Part shown: piece by piece, positions 20,139-30,767 of the stretch
How positions within the stretch are numbered: position 1 is the first letter of the stretch
Layout: each line of letters opens with the position of its first letter
NCBI GenBank assembly: GCA_963666835.2
Contig: CAXXGO010000001.1
Coordinates: 1,920,001-1,984,000 of the forward strand
Reading direction: 5' to 3'
Length of the DNA: 64,000 nucleotides
Source of the DNA: Phycisphaerae bacterium
GTDB lineage: Bacteria; Planctomycetota; Phycisphaerae; UBA1845
The notes under the pieces: model-generated
The model's database searches: none
What the model was told of the DNA's origin: nothing
Seen by the model: the letters and a program-made list of their open reading frames with translations, nothing else
Made by a program: the position numbers and the translations under genes

Positions 20139-21422
20139 CTACATCTGCTTGCGCTGCCCTATACAGGCCGCCGGGGTTATCCGTCGTACTGCAGATGCCT
20201 GCGTTACGGGGTCCAGCGAGTTGCGAGGGGCGGATCGGGTAACGGGGATTCCCTTGACGATTGCCTCGAACTTGTCGAGTTCTCTAATCCAGCAGTGATT
20301 CTCGATTACGAACCGGCGGGCGTTATGGCCGATGCGGGCGGCATCGGCGGAATTGGTCAACAGCCGAACGACATGGCTGACGGTGTCCGCGGTGGTGTCT
20401 GCGATGACATAGTCGGTTCCGTCCCGCCCGGCGATCCCCTCGGCCGCCGGACTCGTAAGGACCACCGGCCTTGCGGCAGCCATTGCTTCGAGGACCTTGT
20501 TCTGCAACCCCCGCCCGATCTGCATCGGGGCGACGCTCACGTTGAGGCGGGCGACATGTTCGAGGATGTTCTCCACTTTGCCGACGACCTGCACACCCGG
20601 GACGTTCGCCAGCCGGCGGATCTTCGGAGTCGGGGACTGCCCGATTACGCGAAATACCGCAGTGGGGCACGCTTGGCGGATCTCGGCCCAACATTGCTCG
20701 ACGAACCAGAGCACGGCGTCAACATTTGGGCGGTAGTCCATCACGCCGACGAAGCCGACTGCCGGCGGGCCGGTTGCCGACGCGAGAGCGTCGTTCAGAT
20801 CGGGCACGACGACGCCGTTACCCACAATGCGGACCTTGCTTTGCAGTGAAGACGTTTCGAGCAGGTTGGCCTCGGCCTGGGTTATCAGGATCGCGGCGTC
20901 GAAGGCCTCAATCCATGCCTTCTCCCGCTCCGCCAGCCGGCGCCCCTCGATCTGATAGAGCCATTTTCCCGGGCCTGATGACGCTGCGGCGTAGTCCAGC
21001 CACTTACGGCTGTCCAGGTCGCACAGGTCCAGAATGTGTCGACCGGCCGGCACTCGCAAGGCGTGCGGGGCCATACTGGACGAGAATGCGACCACGGCAT
21101 CAAAGCGTATGTCCTGCGCCCAGCGGTGCAGGGTGCTTCGCATGACACGGTTATCGTAGGCAGTTTCGGTAACCGTGCGCCCGGTCGCCAAGCCGAGCAA
21201 TCCTCGGGCCTTCATGCGGATTCGTGACAGCCGGACCGCATGGACTTCCTGGCAGTACTCCCGCAACTGCTCGACGTACTGTTCATCGCCGGCGCGATCG
21301 ACGAAGCAAGCGCACCATACGCGATGGTGTCTGGTCAAGTGCTCAAGCTGGCGAAAGGCCCGCAGTTTGTCACCTTTGTCCGGTGGAAATGGTATGCGGT
21401 GAGCAAGATAGAGTATGTTCAT
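20139..21422 (-). CDS. PEP-CTERM/exosortase-associated GT4 glycosyltransferase (TIGR03087-like)
   Basis: LYLAHRIPFPPDKGDK, DLDSRKW, FVGVMDYRPN and GLQNKVLEAMA. Confidence 0.9.
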   Translation of the reverse strand: MNILYLAHRIPFPPDKGDKLRAFRQLEHLTRHHRVWCACFVDRAGDEQYVEQLREYCQEVHAVRLSRIRMKARGLLGLATGRTVTETAYDNRVMRSTLHRWAQDIRFDAVVAFSSSMAPHALRVPAGRHILDLCDLDSRKWLDYAAASSGPGKWLYQIEGRRLAEREKAWIEAFDAAILITQAEANLLETSSLQSKVRIVGNGVVVPDLNDALASATGPPAVGFVGVMDYRPNVDAVLWFVEQCWAEIRQACPTAVFRVIGQSPTPKIRRLANVPGVQVVGKVENILEHVARLNVSVAPMQIGRGLQNKVLEAMAAARPVVLTSPAAEGIAGRDGTDYVIADTTADTVSHVVRLLTNSADAARIGHNARRFVIENHCWIRELDKFEAIVKGIPVTRSAPRNSLDPVTQASAVRRITPAACIGQRKQM

Positions 21423-21426
21423 AATC

Positions 21427-22530
21427 TCACCCCGGGATATGCCCGGACAGATGGGCCCCCAACGGGCGGGTCAGCCATAGTGGAAGACGCGGCCACACCG
21501 TGCGGGCGAGACGGAATCGCGGGTTGGCGGGCGAAAGGTCAGGCCGTGCGGTGTTCGGCGGTATGTATATCTGATACTCGAGCGGCCGGGGCGCGAAGCC
21601 CTGGAAACGCTTGAAATCAAAGCTGCCGGAGTTATCACGCCGGGTCCGTCCAAAGTCGAAGACCCGGTAGCCCTCTTCCACTCCGCGTTCCATCGCGCAG
21701 AGATAGATGAAGTTAGCGGCGCTGCAGCGCTTTGCGGCGCTGGTGGTGCCGAGAAAGTAGGGCATCACCCGGTCCTTGTGGAGCAGCGTTACCAGACCGG
21801 CTACCGGCCGTCCTTTGTGTCGTACCACTGACACCCAATGCCGCCCCGGGGTGTGTTCGATGATCCGCTCGAAGAACTGCCGCGGGTAATTCACGGAAGC
21901 GAGCCGGCGCATGCTGATAGAGTAGAGTCGCCAGACTTCGCGGAGCTGATCGTCCCCGTACGTTATTGTAAGTCGGTACTTGTCCCGGGCGTTCCGCGCC
22001 GCAGCTCGGGCTTTCCGAGGCAGCGCCTGCAATACGCCTTCGACCGTATCGGGTAGTTCGCGCCGAAAGCCCACATGAGTGTTGCCGGTGGGAATGTCCG
22101 GCACCATTGCCCGTTCGCTGCGCATGTCGATACAGGAACATCGTTGCTCTTTGCAGACCTGTAGTGCAGCTTGGAACAAGGTCTCTGCCGTTTCGTCGCT
22201 ATCGGCCAGGATACCCCCACCCACCCCGTACGGCACACTGATCAACATACGCCCGCCCAAAAGGCTGTTCATCAGGAAGAGCGGGAACACCCCGGCAATG
22301 TCGGTATCACGCCGGGCAATGAAGTAAAACGCCTCGTGCCCGAACGTATCTCGGACGGCGTCGTGCCAGGCAATGGTGTGGAAGACGGTCCCGTCCGGGT
22401 GAGCTGCGACGAAGCGATCCCAGGCGGGGCGATCCGCGGGAGTTATGCGGCTCACTCGACAGCCGCCCGGTCCGGTGGCCCGAACCGGGCGGATGACCGG
22501 GTCGTCCAATGTCGGGGCGACGCTAGACAC
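21427..22530 (-). CDS. FemAB-related PEP-CTERM-associated GNAT protein (TIGR03019-like)
   Basis: WDRFV...FHTIAW, LISVPYGVGGG, FDFGR and FKRFQGF. GTG start at 22530 overlaps the upstream stop and has a GAGGAGG RBS. Confidence 0.88.
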   Translation of the reverse strand: MSSVAPTLDDPVIRPVRATGPGGCRVSRITPADRPAWDRFVAAHPDGTVFHTIAWHDAVRDTFGHEAFYFIARRDTDIAGVFPLFLMNSLLGGRMLISVPYGVGGGILADSDETAETLFQAALQVCKEQRCSCIDMRSERAMVPDIPTGNTHVGFRRELPDTVEGVLQALPRKARAAARNARDKYRLTITYGDDQLREVWRLYSISMRRLASVNYPRQFFERIIEHTPGRHWVSVVRHKGRPVAGLVTLLHKDRVMPYFLGTTSAAKRCSAANFIYLCAMERGVEEGYRVFDFGRTRRDNSGSFDFKRFQGFAPRPLEYQIYIPPNTARPDLSPANPRFRLARTVWPRLPLWLTRPLGAHLSGHIPG

Positions 22531-23905
22531 CGGCGACCACCTCCTCGGGTTGTCGATCACCGGAAGGGCGTACGTGGGATACGACGTAGCGGTACTTGCC
22601 GGAGTCTGCGGTATCGATCCGGTCGACCATTCTAACATCGACGGCCACTTGCCGGCCCAAGACCGGCAGCACCCGCCGTGAGACCGCCTCGCGCGTGATT
22701 CGCTCCCGCCGGCCGTCGCAGATTACGTCAATGGTGACCGCGTAATCGGCGTGTTGCGTAACCCGAAACTGGCGCATGCCGACCATGCTTCGTAGCGGAT
22801 AGATAATCGACAGAGCGTGTTGGATTGTGCCATCGGGAAGGTACAGGAAATCCGTCGTGCGGCCCTGGACGACATCCATCATCGGGAGACCGCGACCACA
22901 CTCGCACCGACCGGGCTTGAGCCGGCCGACGTCCCCGGTGCGATAGCGGATAAAGGGCATCGCATAGGCGTCCAAGTGAGTAACCACGATCTCGCCGGCA
23001 TGTCCTGGTGGCACCGGCTTGTCTCCTTGGACGATTTCCACGATCACGTTTTCGGCGGTCAGGTGCATATTGCCGGCCGGGCACTCGTGGGCGATGAACC
23101 CCGCCTCGCGGCTGCCGTAGCAATCCGCGACCGGCACGCCGTAGAACGAGCGGATAGTCTCCCGGTGGTGTGGATAACAAACTTCCCCCGTGACGAAGAC
23201 CGCGCGTAGCGAGCGGATGTCGAGACTCCGATCAGCGGCGCGGGCGTGTTCAGCGAGCAGGGCGAGCGTGCTGGGGTATCCGAACAGGCAGGCCGGGCGA
23301 TCTCGTTCGATGGTGGCGAGATAACGATCCATACGCGGCGGGGACATATCGAACGCATTCAACAGGCGGTGATTGAGCAGCCAATCACGAGCCTGCTTGA
23401 TCCGGTCTGTCCCATTCAACTCGATCGGGGAACCCCACAAGAAGGTCTCGCGGTCGCCGATGTCTACGCCAAACCAACGATGGGTGCGAATCCGGGCCGC
23501 CTGGTCGTATCCTTGACGACGCCGATCGGTGAAGAAGATCAGCGGAGTCCCGCTCGACCCGCCGGTGTTGTACGGGAAGAGCCCTTTCGGGGAATCTCGC
23601 CACAGCATGTCATCAAGCGATGTACGGATCTCGTCTTTGACTAGAAACGGGATCTGCGCAAGCGCGGCAAGAGGGTCGTTGTGGTCGAGGTCCACGTTAG
23701 CCTGGCGGAAGCGTCTTCCGTAGAACAGGGTGTTGTCCCAGGCATGCCGCAACAACGCAAACGCCTTACGTTGCTGCAACGCAGACAACGCATCCGGCGA
23801 GGACCATTGCGATTCTTCCAACTCCCGGACGTTTCGCCGCGTCCTTCGGCCGAGCAGCCGCTCGTGCGCCGGAAAAACAAGATGGCGGGCAATGAACGGT
23901 AGCAT
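22523..23905 (-). CDS. CapK / phenylacetate-CoA ligase family adenylate-forming protein
   Basis: TGGSSGTP, GYPS, YGSREAG, MPFIRYRTGD and SGKYR. Confidence 0.9.
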   Translation of the reverse strand: MLPFIARHLVFPAHERLLGRRTRRNVRELEESQWSSPDALSALQQRKAFALLRHAWDNTLFYGRRFRQANVDLDHNDPLAALAQIPFLVKDEIRTSLDDMLWRDSPKGLFPYNTGGSSGTPLIFFTDRRRQGYDQAARIRTHRWFGVDIGDRETFLWGSPIELNGTDRIKQARDWLLNHRLLNAFDMSPPRMDRYLATIERDRPACLFGYPSTLALLAEHARAADRSLDIRSLRAVFVTGEVCYPHHRETIRSFYGVPVADCYGSREAGFIAHECPAGNMHLTAENVIVEIVQGDKPVPPGHAGEIVVTHLDAYAMPFIRYRTGDVGRLKPGRCECGRGLPMMDVVQGRTTDFLYLPDGTIQHALSIIYPLRSMVGMRQFRVTQHADYAVTIDVICDGRRERITREAVSRRVLPVLGRQVAVDVRMVDRIDTADSGKYRYVVSHVRPSGDRQPEEVVAGV

Positions 23906-24275
23906 CCGGACAGCACTCCGCGCGCATCGACAAGAGGCGCCTCTTAGTCCCGCGAGGGCGTATCGATGCCGAACATCCCTGACGCGTGTATTATCGGCAG
24001 TTAAGGGGTGGCAGGTTGGCTAGGGCCGGCTTCGGTGGCTGGAAATGGAGCCCGGATGTGATGCTCGCCCGCGGAATCCGAGCGGATTGTGCCCCGGGCC
24101 TGGTCTTACCCGGCGAAGGAGGTGCAACCTCTTACTTAAGCGGAGATTAGGCGAAGACAGAAAGAGGTCGCTTAGGCCGAAACCGAGCCATTTTGGGGAA
24201 TAGAGAAAACCCGGCGCACAAGAACCGGTCCTGAGTCCGACGTTGTCGGCGACTCGGTCGTGCGTGTAGCTGGGT

Positions 24276-24662
24276 TTAATCGAGATTATCCACGAACTCG
24301 GCGTACGTCTTCGCATCCATCAGGGCGGTCAACGCGTCGAGGGACTCGGCCTTTAGCTTGACCAGCCAGCCGTCCTCGAATGCGTCGTCGTTGATCAACT
24401 CGGGGTGATCCACCAGCGCGGCATTCACCTCGACGATCGAGCCGGCCACAGCCGTTATGACCTCGGAGGTTGCTTTGACGGATTCAACCTCACCGAGGGT
24501 ATCACCGATCGCGAACGAGGCTCCGATTTCGGGGAGTTCCACGAAGGTGATGTCAGTGAGCTCATCTGCTGCGTACTGCGTGATGCCCACCGTCACGACA
24601 TCCTCATCCACGGCATACCACTCGTGTGTTTCGGAGTATTTCCGGTCGTTTGGGACGTCCAT
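24276..24662 (-). CDS. gcvH: Glycine cleavage system H protein
   Basis: YSETHEW, VGITQYA and lipoyl motif VESVKA. Confidence 0.96.
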   Translation of the reverse strand: MDVPNDRKYSETHEWYAVDEDVVTVGITQYAADELTDITFVELPEIGASFAIGDTLGEVESVKATSEVITAVAGSIVEVNAALVDHPELINDDAFEDGWLVKLKAESLDALTALMDAKTYAEFVDNLD

Positions 24663-24718
24663 CGATCTTCCTTGGAGTATGGTGGAGCAGAGCCCCACGG
24701 GGTTCACACTGATAACAC

Positions 24719-25822
24719 TTAGGACGGCTTCGGACGTTTGTAGAAGGGGAGCTTGACGACGCGGGCGGGCTGTCGCCGGCCCTTGAAATCCACCTCCAGC
24801 TCCGTTCCAACTTCGGCGAATCCGGAATCGACGAAAGCCATCGCAATACTCTTGCCCAGCGTTGGGCTCATCGTTCCACTGGTGATCTCGCCAATCTCGC
24901 TGCCGTTACCGTACACTGCGTATTTATGCCGGGCAATCCGCCGCCCGTCCAGCTCAAGGCCGACGAGTTGGCGGGGAAGCCCCCGCTGCGCCAGATCCCG
25001 CATCGGCTCGACGCCGATGAAATCCTTGTTGAGATCTACACACCACGCTTGCCCCCCGGTCAAAGAGTCTATGTCTTCGCCCAACTCATGTCCGTAGAGA
25101 GGCATTCCCGCTTCGATCCGAAGCGTGTCACGAGCTCCCAGCCCGGCAGGCTTGATGACGGAGTGGGGGGCGTCCTTGGTTCCGAGCAGCTTGGGCGACA
25201 AAAGGCCGACCATCCCCGCCGGAAGAACCACTTCTACACCGTCTTCGCCGGTGTAGCCGCATCGGTAAACGGAGATCTTCGCCATGAAGTCGAACGTAGT
25301 GAAGCGGTAACGCTTCAGGTCCGCAAGGTCCTGTCCCGCTACCTCGCGGATCATGTCCATCGTCTTAGGGCCCTGTATGGCCAGCATGGCCGTATCTAGG
25401 GTCTCGTCTTTCAATGAGACGTTGTAGTCCGCGCTATGTTGTTCGATCCAGTTGACGATTTTGGTTCGATTGGCCCCGTTGCAGACTACGCCCCAGTGGT
25501 TCTCAAACCGCGAGGCGATGACATCGTCCAAGACGCCGCCGTCTTCCTTGCAGATGTGCGTGTAGTAGGATCGTCCGGGCTCCGCCTTTGCCAGGTTCCG
25601 CGTGCACAAGCGGTCGAGGAAGGCGTCGGCATCCTCGCCGCTAATCGAGAGCCTTCCCATGTGAGAGACGTCGAACACGCTGCAAGCGGTGCGAGTGTGG
25701 ACGTGCTCCTCGGTGATTCCGGCAAACGATACCGGCATGGACCATCCGAAGAACTCAACCATGCGTCCGCCCAACGCGAGATGCGTATCGTAGAGCGGTG
25801 TTTTCCGAAGTTCATCTTTCAT
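24719..25822 (-). CDS. gcvT: Glycine cleavage system aminomethyltransferase T
   Basis: FDVSHMG, GYTGEDG and GLGARDTLRIEAGMPLYG. Confidence 0.96.
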   Translation of the reverse strand: MKDELRKTPLYDTHLALGGRMVEFFGWSMPVSFAGITEEHVHTRTACSVFDVSHMGRLSISGEDADAFLDRLCTRNLAKAEPGRSYYTHICKEDGGVLDDVIASRFENHWGVVCNGANRTKIVNWIEQHSADYNVSLKDETLDTAMLAIQGPKTMDMIREVAGQDLADLKRYRFTTFDFMAKISVYRCGYTGEDGVEVVLPAGMVGLLSPKLLGTKDAPHSVIKPAGLGARDTLRIEAGMPLYGHELGEDIDSLTGGQAWCVDLNKDFIGVEPMRDLAQRGLPRQLVGLELDGRRIARHKYAVYGNGSEIGEITSGTMSPTLGKSIAMAFVDSGFAEVGTELEVDFKGRRQPARVVKLPFYKRPKPS

Positions 25823-25981
25823 GAGTCAACAACCCCGCAGTAGCGGGGCGTTTATTCCCCCGCAGTATTTTGATCCGTACGATAGAAACGCCCCGAGATC
25901 GTGTCAACGGGCTCTGAATTACGCTTCCGATGTCTGTGATTTCTGCCACAAAGTCTGCTTTACGCCTAGTTCACGTCGCGT

Positions 25982-26335
25982 TCACTTCGCGCAGTCCGCA
26001 GGAGCCGGAATCAGGCAGATGAACGCCAGCTTCTTCGGCCCGTCGTTGACGAACTGGTGTTTCTCGTTGGGAGGCACGTACAGGACATCTCCGGGTTGGC
26101 ACGGACGGTCGCCGTCCGCTGATTTCACCGTGCCCACCCCGTCAAGGACCAGCACTTCGTGCTCGAAATCGTGTGCGTGATGCGGAGTGTGTCCGCCCGG
26201 AGCGACCTCGAACTGCCGCATGTGGAAGTTCTTTGCGTTGTCCTCGGGCCCGATGAGCATCCGCATCTTCACGCCAACCGCCCCTTCCATCTGCACGTCG
26301 ATTAGTTCATGGCTCATCATCGGCTGGATTCTCAT
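25982..26335 (-). CDS. Cupin domain protein
   Basis: PGGHTPHHAHDFEHE and PPNEKHQF. Confidence 0.9.
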   Translation of the reverse strand: MRIQPMMSHELIDVQMEGAVGVKMRMLIGPEDNAKNFHMRQFEVAPGGHTPHHAHDFEHEVLVLDGVGTVKSADGDRPCQPGDVLYVPPNEKHQFVNDGPKKLAFICLIPAPADCAK

Positions 26336-26399
26336 GGCTGTAATCTCCAGGGGTTTGGACCTTGACCTCGCACTTCTGCGGGCGACAGGTCCATCGAGG

Positions 26400-26861
26400 C
26401 TAGTCGTCGTTCTTGGGGAACACCCACTCGGCGTTGGCCGGAGCGTATTCGAGCAGCGCGCCGCCTTCAAAATAGAGCGCGATTTCCGTAGCGGCCGACT
26501 CCGGCGAGTCGCTGCCATGGACAAGATTGAATGACCGGCTGGCTCCGAAATCGCCGCGAATCGTACCGGGAGAAGCCTCGTAGCCAAAGGTTTGGCCCAT
26601 GAGCGTTCGCGATATCTCGATCGACCGAGGTCCTTCCAGCACCATGACGATCACCGGACCGCTGGTGATGTAGTCGATCAGGCCCGGATAGAAGGGTTTG
26701 CCCTGGTGCGGCGCGTAGTGTCGCTCGGCCAGCTCGCGCGTGATCTGCATGAGCTTCATCCCCACGATGGCCAGCCCTTTGTCTTCGAAGCGTTGAATTA
26801 TGCGCCCAGTCAAGCGGCGTTGTATGGCGTCCGGTTTGAGAATAATCAGTGTCTGTTCCAT
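26400..26861 (-). CDS. ndk: Nucleoside diphosphate kinase
   Basis: LKPDAIQR, PGTIRGDF and NLVHGSDS. Confidence 0.97.
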   Translation of the reverse strand: MEQTLIILKPDAIQRRLTGRIIQRFEDKGLAIVGMKLMQITRELAERHYAPHQGKPFYPGLIDYITSGPVIVMVLEGPRSIEISRTLMGQTFGYEASPGTIRGDFGASRSFNLVHGSDSPESAATEIALYFEGGALLEYAPANAEWVFPKNDD

Positions 26862-27320
26862 TCTACCTTCCTGCAATTCGAAAAACAGTAACCCTGCCGG
26901 ACGGGTTGAACCCCCAGCGCGACCTCCATCGTACGCTGGAACGTGATCTACGGCCAGTGGTCGGAGGCCCCCGGCGTTGCGACGTTATGAGGGCTTCGCC
27001 TGGCACGAACCGCTCTCGAGGCGACGTGCGCTGGAATAAAGGGAAGGGGACGCTCCGGGAGCGGTTGTCGAGGACGACGACGAACCCCCGGCCTGGCAGA
27101 CGGGTGAAGTGCGTCCGCCGGGTGGAGCGGCTTACGGGAATCGCCGAGCCTCAACGAATGTGCCTTTCGGGGGTCACCAAGAAGCACTGTCAACTATTGG
27201 TCTTCAAGCGGAACAATGACGCCTCCCGGCTCGACGAACTCGATCCGGCTTAAGGTGCAGGACTCGGTGTTTGCCCCGCCGCCGCTTGCGCGGCAACGTC
27301 GCCCCATGCTGTTGTTCGGG

Positions 27321-28076
27321 CTATCGATGCAGGAGGTCGCGGACCCATTGCATGGTTGTCTGTCGTCCAAGCCTCGCGATGGAGTCGGTCAGCGGGATCT
27401 CCTTTGGGCAGACCTTCACGCAGTTCTGCGCATTGCCGCAGTCGGTCAGACCTCCGTCTCCCATGATGGCGTGCAACCGGTCGGCCTTGCCGAACTTACC
27501 CGTCGGGTGTGAGTTGTGCAGGTCAACCTGGGCGAGCGGGGCCGGGCCGATAAACTTCGAATCCGCGTGGAACTGCGGGCAGGCTTCCATGCAACATCCG
27601 CACGTCATGCACCGGGAGAGCAAGTAGCGGACCGATTGCTCTTCGGCGGGGATGAGCGGGGCATGCCGGTGAGTATCCCATGACCCATCCATCGGCACCC
27701 AGCTCTTGACCTTGAGGAGAGCGTCGAACATCTTCTGCCGGTCTACCATCAAATCACGAATGAGGGGGAACTTGCTCAAAGGCTCCAAGACGATCGGCTG
27801 CTCGAGGTCGTCAATCAACGCGGCACATGCCTGGCGGGGCACCCCGTTAACCAACATTGAGCAGGCTCCGCAGACTTCCTCCATGCAGTTGGAGTCCCAT
27901 ACGACCGGCTCTACCCGGCGGCCCTCGATGTTCACTGGATTCTCGCGCAGGTACATCAGCGCCGAGACCACGTTGTGGTTCGGCGAGTAGGGCATCTTGA
28001 ACTCTTCCCAGCGCGCCGGTGCATCCGGCCCGTCTTGCCGCTTTATCTTGAAGTGGATCTCTTTCTTCTCGGCCAT
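27321..28076 (-). CDS. sdhB: Succinate dehydrogenase iron-sulfur subunit
   Basis: CMEEVCGAC, CMTCGCCMEAC and CGNAQNCVKVCP. Confidence 0.96.
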   Translation of the reverse strand: MAEKKEIHFKIKRQDGPDAPARWEEFKMPYSPNHNVVSALMYLRENPVNIEGRRVEPVVWDSNCMEEVCGACSMLVNGVPRQACAALIDDLEQPIVLEPLSKFPLIRDLMVDRQKMFDALLKVKSWVPMDGSWDTHRHAPLIPAEEQSVRYLLSRCMTCGCCMEACPQFHADSKFIGPAPLAQVDLHNSHPTGKFGKADRLHAIMGDGGLTDCGNAQNCVKVCPKEIPLTDSIARLGRQTTMQWVRDLLHR

Positions 28077-28092
28077 ACTCCGTCTCCAGTGT

Positions 28093-29982
28093 CTACCGGT
28101 AGTCTCTCGGTTTGTCCGGCGGAAGCACCGAGGTGTCTACCGGCTTGTAGTCGATCTTGGGGCCGTCATCCGTGTACGTGACAATGGTGTGCTTGAGCCA
28201 CTTCTCGTTGTTGGCCTTCCACTTCGCCTTGTATTCCGCGTACTCGGGATCGCCTTCGAACTTGCCTTCGGGAATCTCCAACTCGAACTCGGCCTTATAG
28301 TGCGAACCGCGGCACTCATCGCGCAGGCGGGCTCCTTTGGCTATAGCCTCCGCGAGGACAATCATATCCTGAACCTGCCGAGCCCACGACAGCGACTGGT
28401 TGGCCCACGTAGAGTGATCGTCCAGCGAGATCTTCGTCGCGCGCTCTTTGAGCTTGCCGATACCGTCGAGGGCTTCATCCAAGCCGGCGTTGGAACGTTC
28501 GACGAACACGTGTTCGCGCATGAGATCGCCCAGGTTGTGGTGGAGCGTGAAGCTGTTCTCACCACCGCTGGACGACATTATCCCCTTGTTGATCTGCTCC
28601 TGACGCTGTTGCTCTGTCTCGAAGAGGCTCTCGGGCAACCCATTGGCGCCACCCTTCCCCATCCCTTTCAGATAGGCCACAGCCGAATCGCCCGCGACTC
28701 TACCACTGAACGACGCGCTGAGCAGGGAGTTTGCGCCCAGCCTATTGGCTCCGTGATAGGCGAAGTCACATTCCCCGGCCGCATACAGCCCGGGGATGCT
28801 CGTCGCGTGGTTCTTGGGGTGTACTCGGGCCATGCCGCCCGTAGTCTCGTCCTTCTCGAAGTCCACCCACAAGCCGCCCATCGAATAGTGAGTTGACGGG
28901 AAGATCTTCATGGGACGTTCGCACGGGTCCTCCCCGAAGAACGTCCGGTACATCTCCAGAATCCCGCCGAGACGCGTCTCGAGGAACTCGCGCGGTTTGT
29001 GCGTCAGATCCAGATAAACGAGATCCTTGCCTTCGAGGCCGAGACCCATGTGTCGCACTGCCCGGCAGATGGCCCGCGACGCGACATCGCGCGGCACCGT
29101 GTTCCCGTAGGCCGGGTACCACTCTTCAAGGAAGTAGAACCGCTCCTCCTCCGGAATCTCCAGCGGGTCGCGGGTGTCGCCGGCTTTCTTGGGTACCCAG
29201 ACTCGTCCGCCCTCGCCGCGGCACGCTTCCGACATCAGCCGGTTCTTGTCATGCCCCGGCATGCCGGTCGGATGGAACTGGATGAACTCGCCGTTGGCGA
29301 ACTTGGCTCCCTGCTTGAATACGCGGGCGGCGGGCGCACCCGAGGAGTTGCTCGACATCGTCGATCGCCCGTAGATCAACGCCAGACCGCCGGTCGCCAG
29401 AATCACCGCGTCGCCCCGGAAGGCCCGGACCTTCATCGAGCTAAGATCCAGCGCCGCGATGCCCCTGCACGTGCCGGATTCATCAAGCACGAGCGAGAGG
29501 AAATCCCAGCCTTCGTATTTGTTGACCGCGCCCAGCGACTCATGATAACGAACCTGTTCATCGACCGCGTACAACAATTGCTGCCCGGTCGTGCCCCCGG
29601 CAAAAGCCGTTCGACGGTTCTTGACTCCGCCGAACAACCGCTGGTCCATAATCCCCTCGGCGGTGCGGCTGAACGTCACGCCCATGCGGTCGAACGTGCG
29701 GATCACGCCGGGCGCTTCTTCGCACAGGTTCCTGATCGGAGGCTGGTCGGCCAGGTAGTCGCCACCTTTGATAGTGTCGACAATGTGCTGCCAGATCGAA
29801 TCGTTCTGCCCTTTGATGTCCAACACCGCATTGATGCCGCCTTGAGCGCAGCAGGAATGGGAGCGCTTGACCGGGAACAGCGAGAAGAGGTCTACCGGAA
29901 AGCCCGCCTCCGCGATTCGCAAGGTGGCCCACAGGCCCCCCAAGCCGCCGCCGACCACGATCACTCTTGGTTTTGTTGCCAT
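28093..29982 (-). CDS. sdhA: Succinate dehydrogenase flavoprotein subunit
   Basis: GGGLGG, RSHSCCAQGG, QFHPT, HYSMGG and HGANRLGANSL. Confidence 0.96.
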   Translation of the reverse strand: MATKPRVIVVGGGLGGLWATLRIAEAGFPVDLFSLFPVKRSHSCCAQGGINAVLDIKGQNDSIWQHIVDTIKGGDYLADQPPIRNLCEEAPGVIRTFDRMGVTFSRTAEGIMDQRLFGGVKNRRTAFAGGTTGQQLLYAVDEQVRYHESLGAVNKYEGWDFLSLVLDESGTCRGIAALDLSSMKVRAFRGDAVILATGGLALIYGRSTMSSNSSGAPAARVFKQGAKFANGEFIQFHPTGMPGHDKNRLMSEACRGEGGRVWVPKKAGDTRDPLEIPEEERFYFLEEWYPAYGNTVPRDVASRAICRAVRHMGLGLEGKDLVYLDLTHKPREFLETRLGGILEMYRTFFGEDPCERPMKIFPSTHYSMGGLWVDFEKDETTGGMARVHPKNHATSIPGLYAAGECDFAYHGANRLGANSLLSASFSGRVAGDSAVAYLKGMGKGGANGLPESLFETEQQRQEQINKGIMSSSGGENSFTLHHNLGDLMREHVFVERSNAGLDEALDGIGKLKERATKISLDDHSTWANQSLSWARQVQDMIVLAEAIAKGARLRDECRGSHYKAEFELEIPEGKFEGDPEYAEYKAKWKANNEKWLKHTIVTYTDDGPKIDYKPVDTSVLPPDKPRDYR

Positions 29983-30026
29983 AAAAGAAATCCCTGGAAG
30001 CCGATCTTCTGGGTGAAAATCCGCCG

Positions 30027-30767
30027 TTACGAGGGACGGATCCCGGCGTCCTCAAAGGTCGAACCGTGACTCTCCGTAACCGCCGGTGGGGAGTGCGTTG
30101 GAACGTCCATCGTCTTGAGTCTGACCAGCGAACCCATACCCAGCAAGGTGAGCAGAATACCGATGATTGCACATGCTCCGCCGCTGATTACCTGTGATCT
30201 CGGGCCGATCGTAATACCCCAGGAGATCAGGAACGTCCAAATCCCGTTCGCGAGATGGAAGACGGCAAGAAGCACTCCCAGAGCATAGACCGGGCCGGCC
30301 CAGAGCTTCGCCATCGCCGACACCGCGGTCTCCGCGGCGGAATGCGGATCGAACGCGGCCTCACCGATGATCCAATGCACGTGCCAAAGATGGATTACGA
30401 TGAAGATCAGTACGGCGATTCCCGTCCAGCGCTGCAGCGTATAACGCAGGTTCCCCCCATAGCGAAACGCCATAAGGTTCGGCTTGCTGGTAAGCCAGAT
30501 AAGCAGGCCGACGATCGCATGAAACGCGATCGGCAGAAAGATGAAACACACTTCGACCATCTTGAGGATGCCCAGGTTGGCGAGCAGGTGGATCTGATCC
30601 ACCGCAAACTGGAAGGCGTCGCCGCCCGCGATGATCGTGGCGTTCACCGACAGGTGAATGCAGATAAACACTCCCACCGGGATGATGCCCGAAAGGGAGT
30701 GCAGCCGCCTGATCAGGAAATGGTATCGTTCGCTTAACGACTCTGGTTCCAAGGTCACGTCTGCCAC
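30027..30767 (-). CDS. sdhC: Succinate dehydrogenase cytochrome b subunit (diheme, Bacillus-like)
   Basis: RRLHSLSG, FHAIVG, QRWTG, IHLW and FHLANG. GTG start with AAGGAAG RBS. Confidence 0.92.
   Translation of the reverse strand: MADVTLEPESLSERYHFLIRRLHSLSGIIPVGVFICIHLSVNATIIAGGDAFQFAVDQIHLLANLGILKMVEVCFIFLPIAFHAIVGLLIWLTSKPNLMAFRYGGNLRYTLQRWTGIAVLIFIVIHLWHVHWIIGEAAFDPHSAAETAVSAMAKLWAGPVYALGVLLAVFHLANGIWTFLISWGITIGPRSQVISGGACAIIGILLTLLGMGSLVRLKTMDVPTHSPPAVTESHGSTFEDAGIRPS

Larger units (their letters stand above)
18796..20142. repeat. GTAG-type REP family A, cluster 1 (copies 18796-18825 +, 19029-19057 +, 19505-19534 -, 20113-20142 -)
   Basis: Consensus GTAGGGCA(C/T)GGTCGAGG(T/C)ACGAGACCTGCC: a GTAG tetranucleotide plus an imperfect hairpin. 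Confidence 0.85.

Noticed and set aside
26880..27320. Possible ncRNA or riboswitch between sdhB and ndk
   Set aside because: No Rfam-type consensus was recognisable by eye. An Infernal search would be needed.
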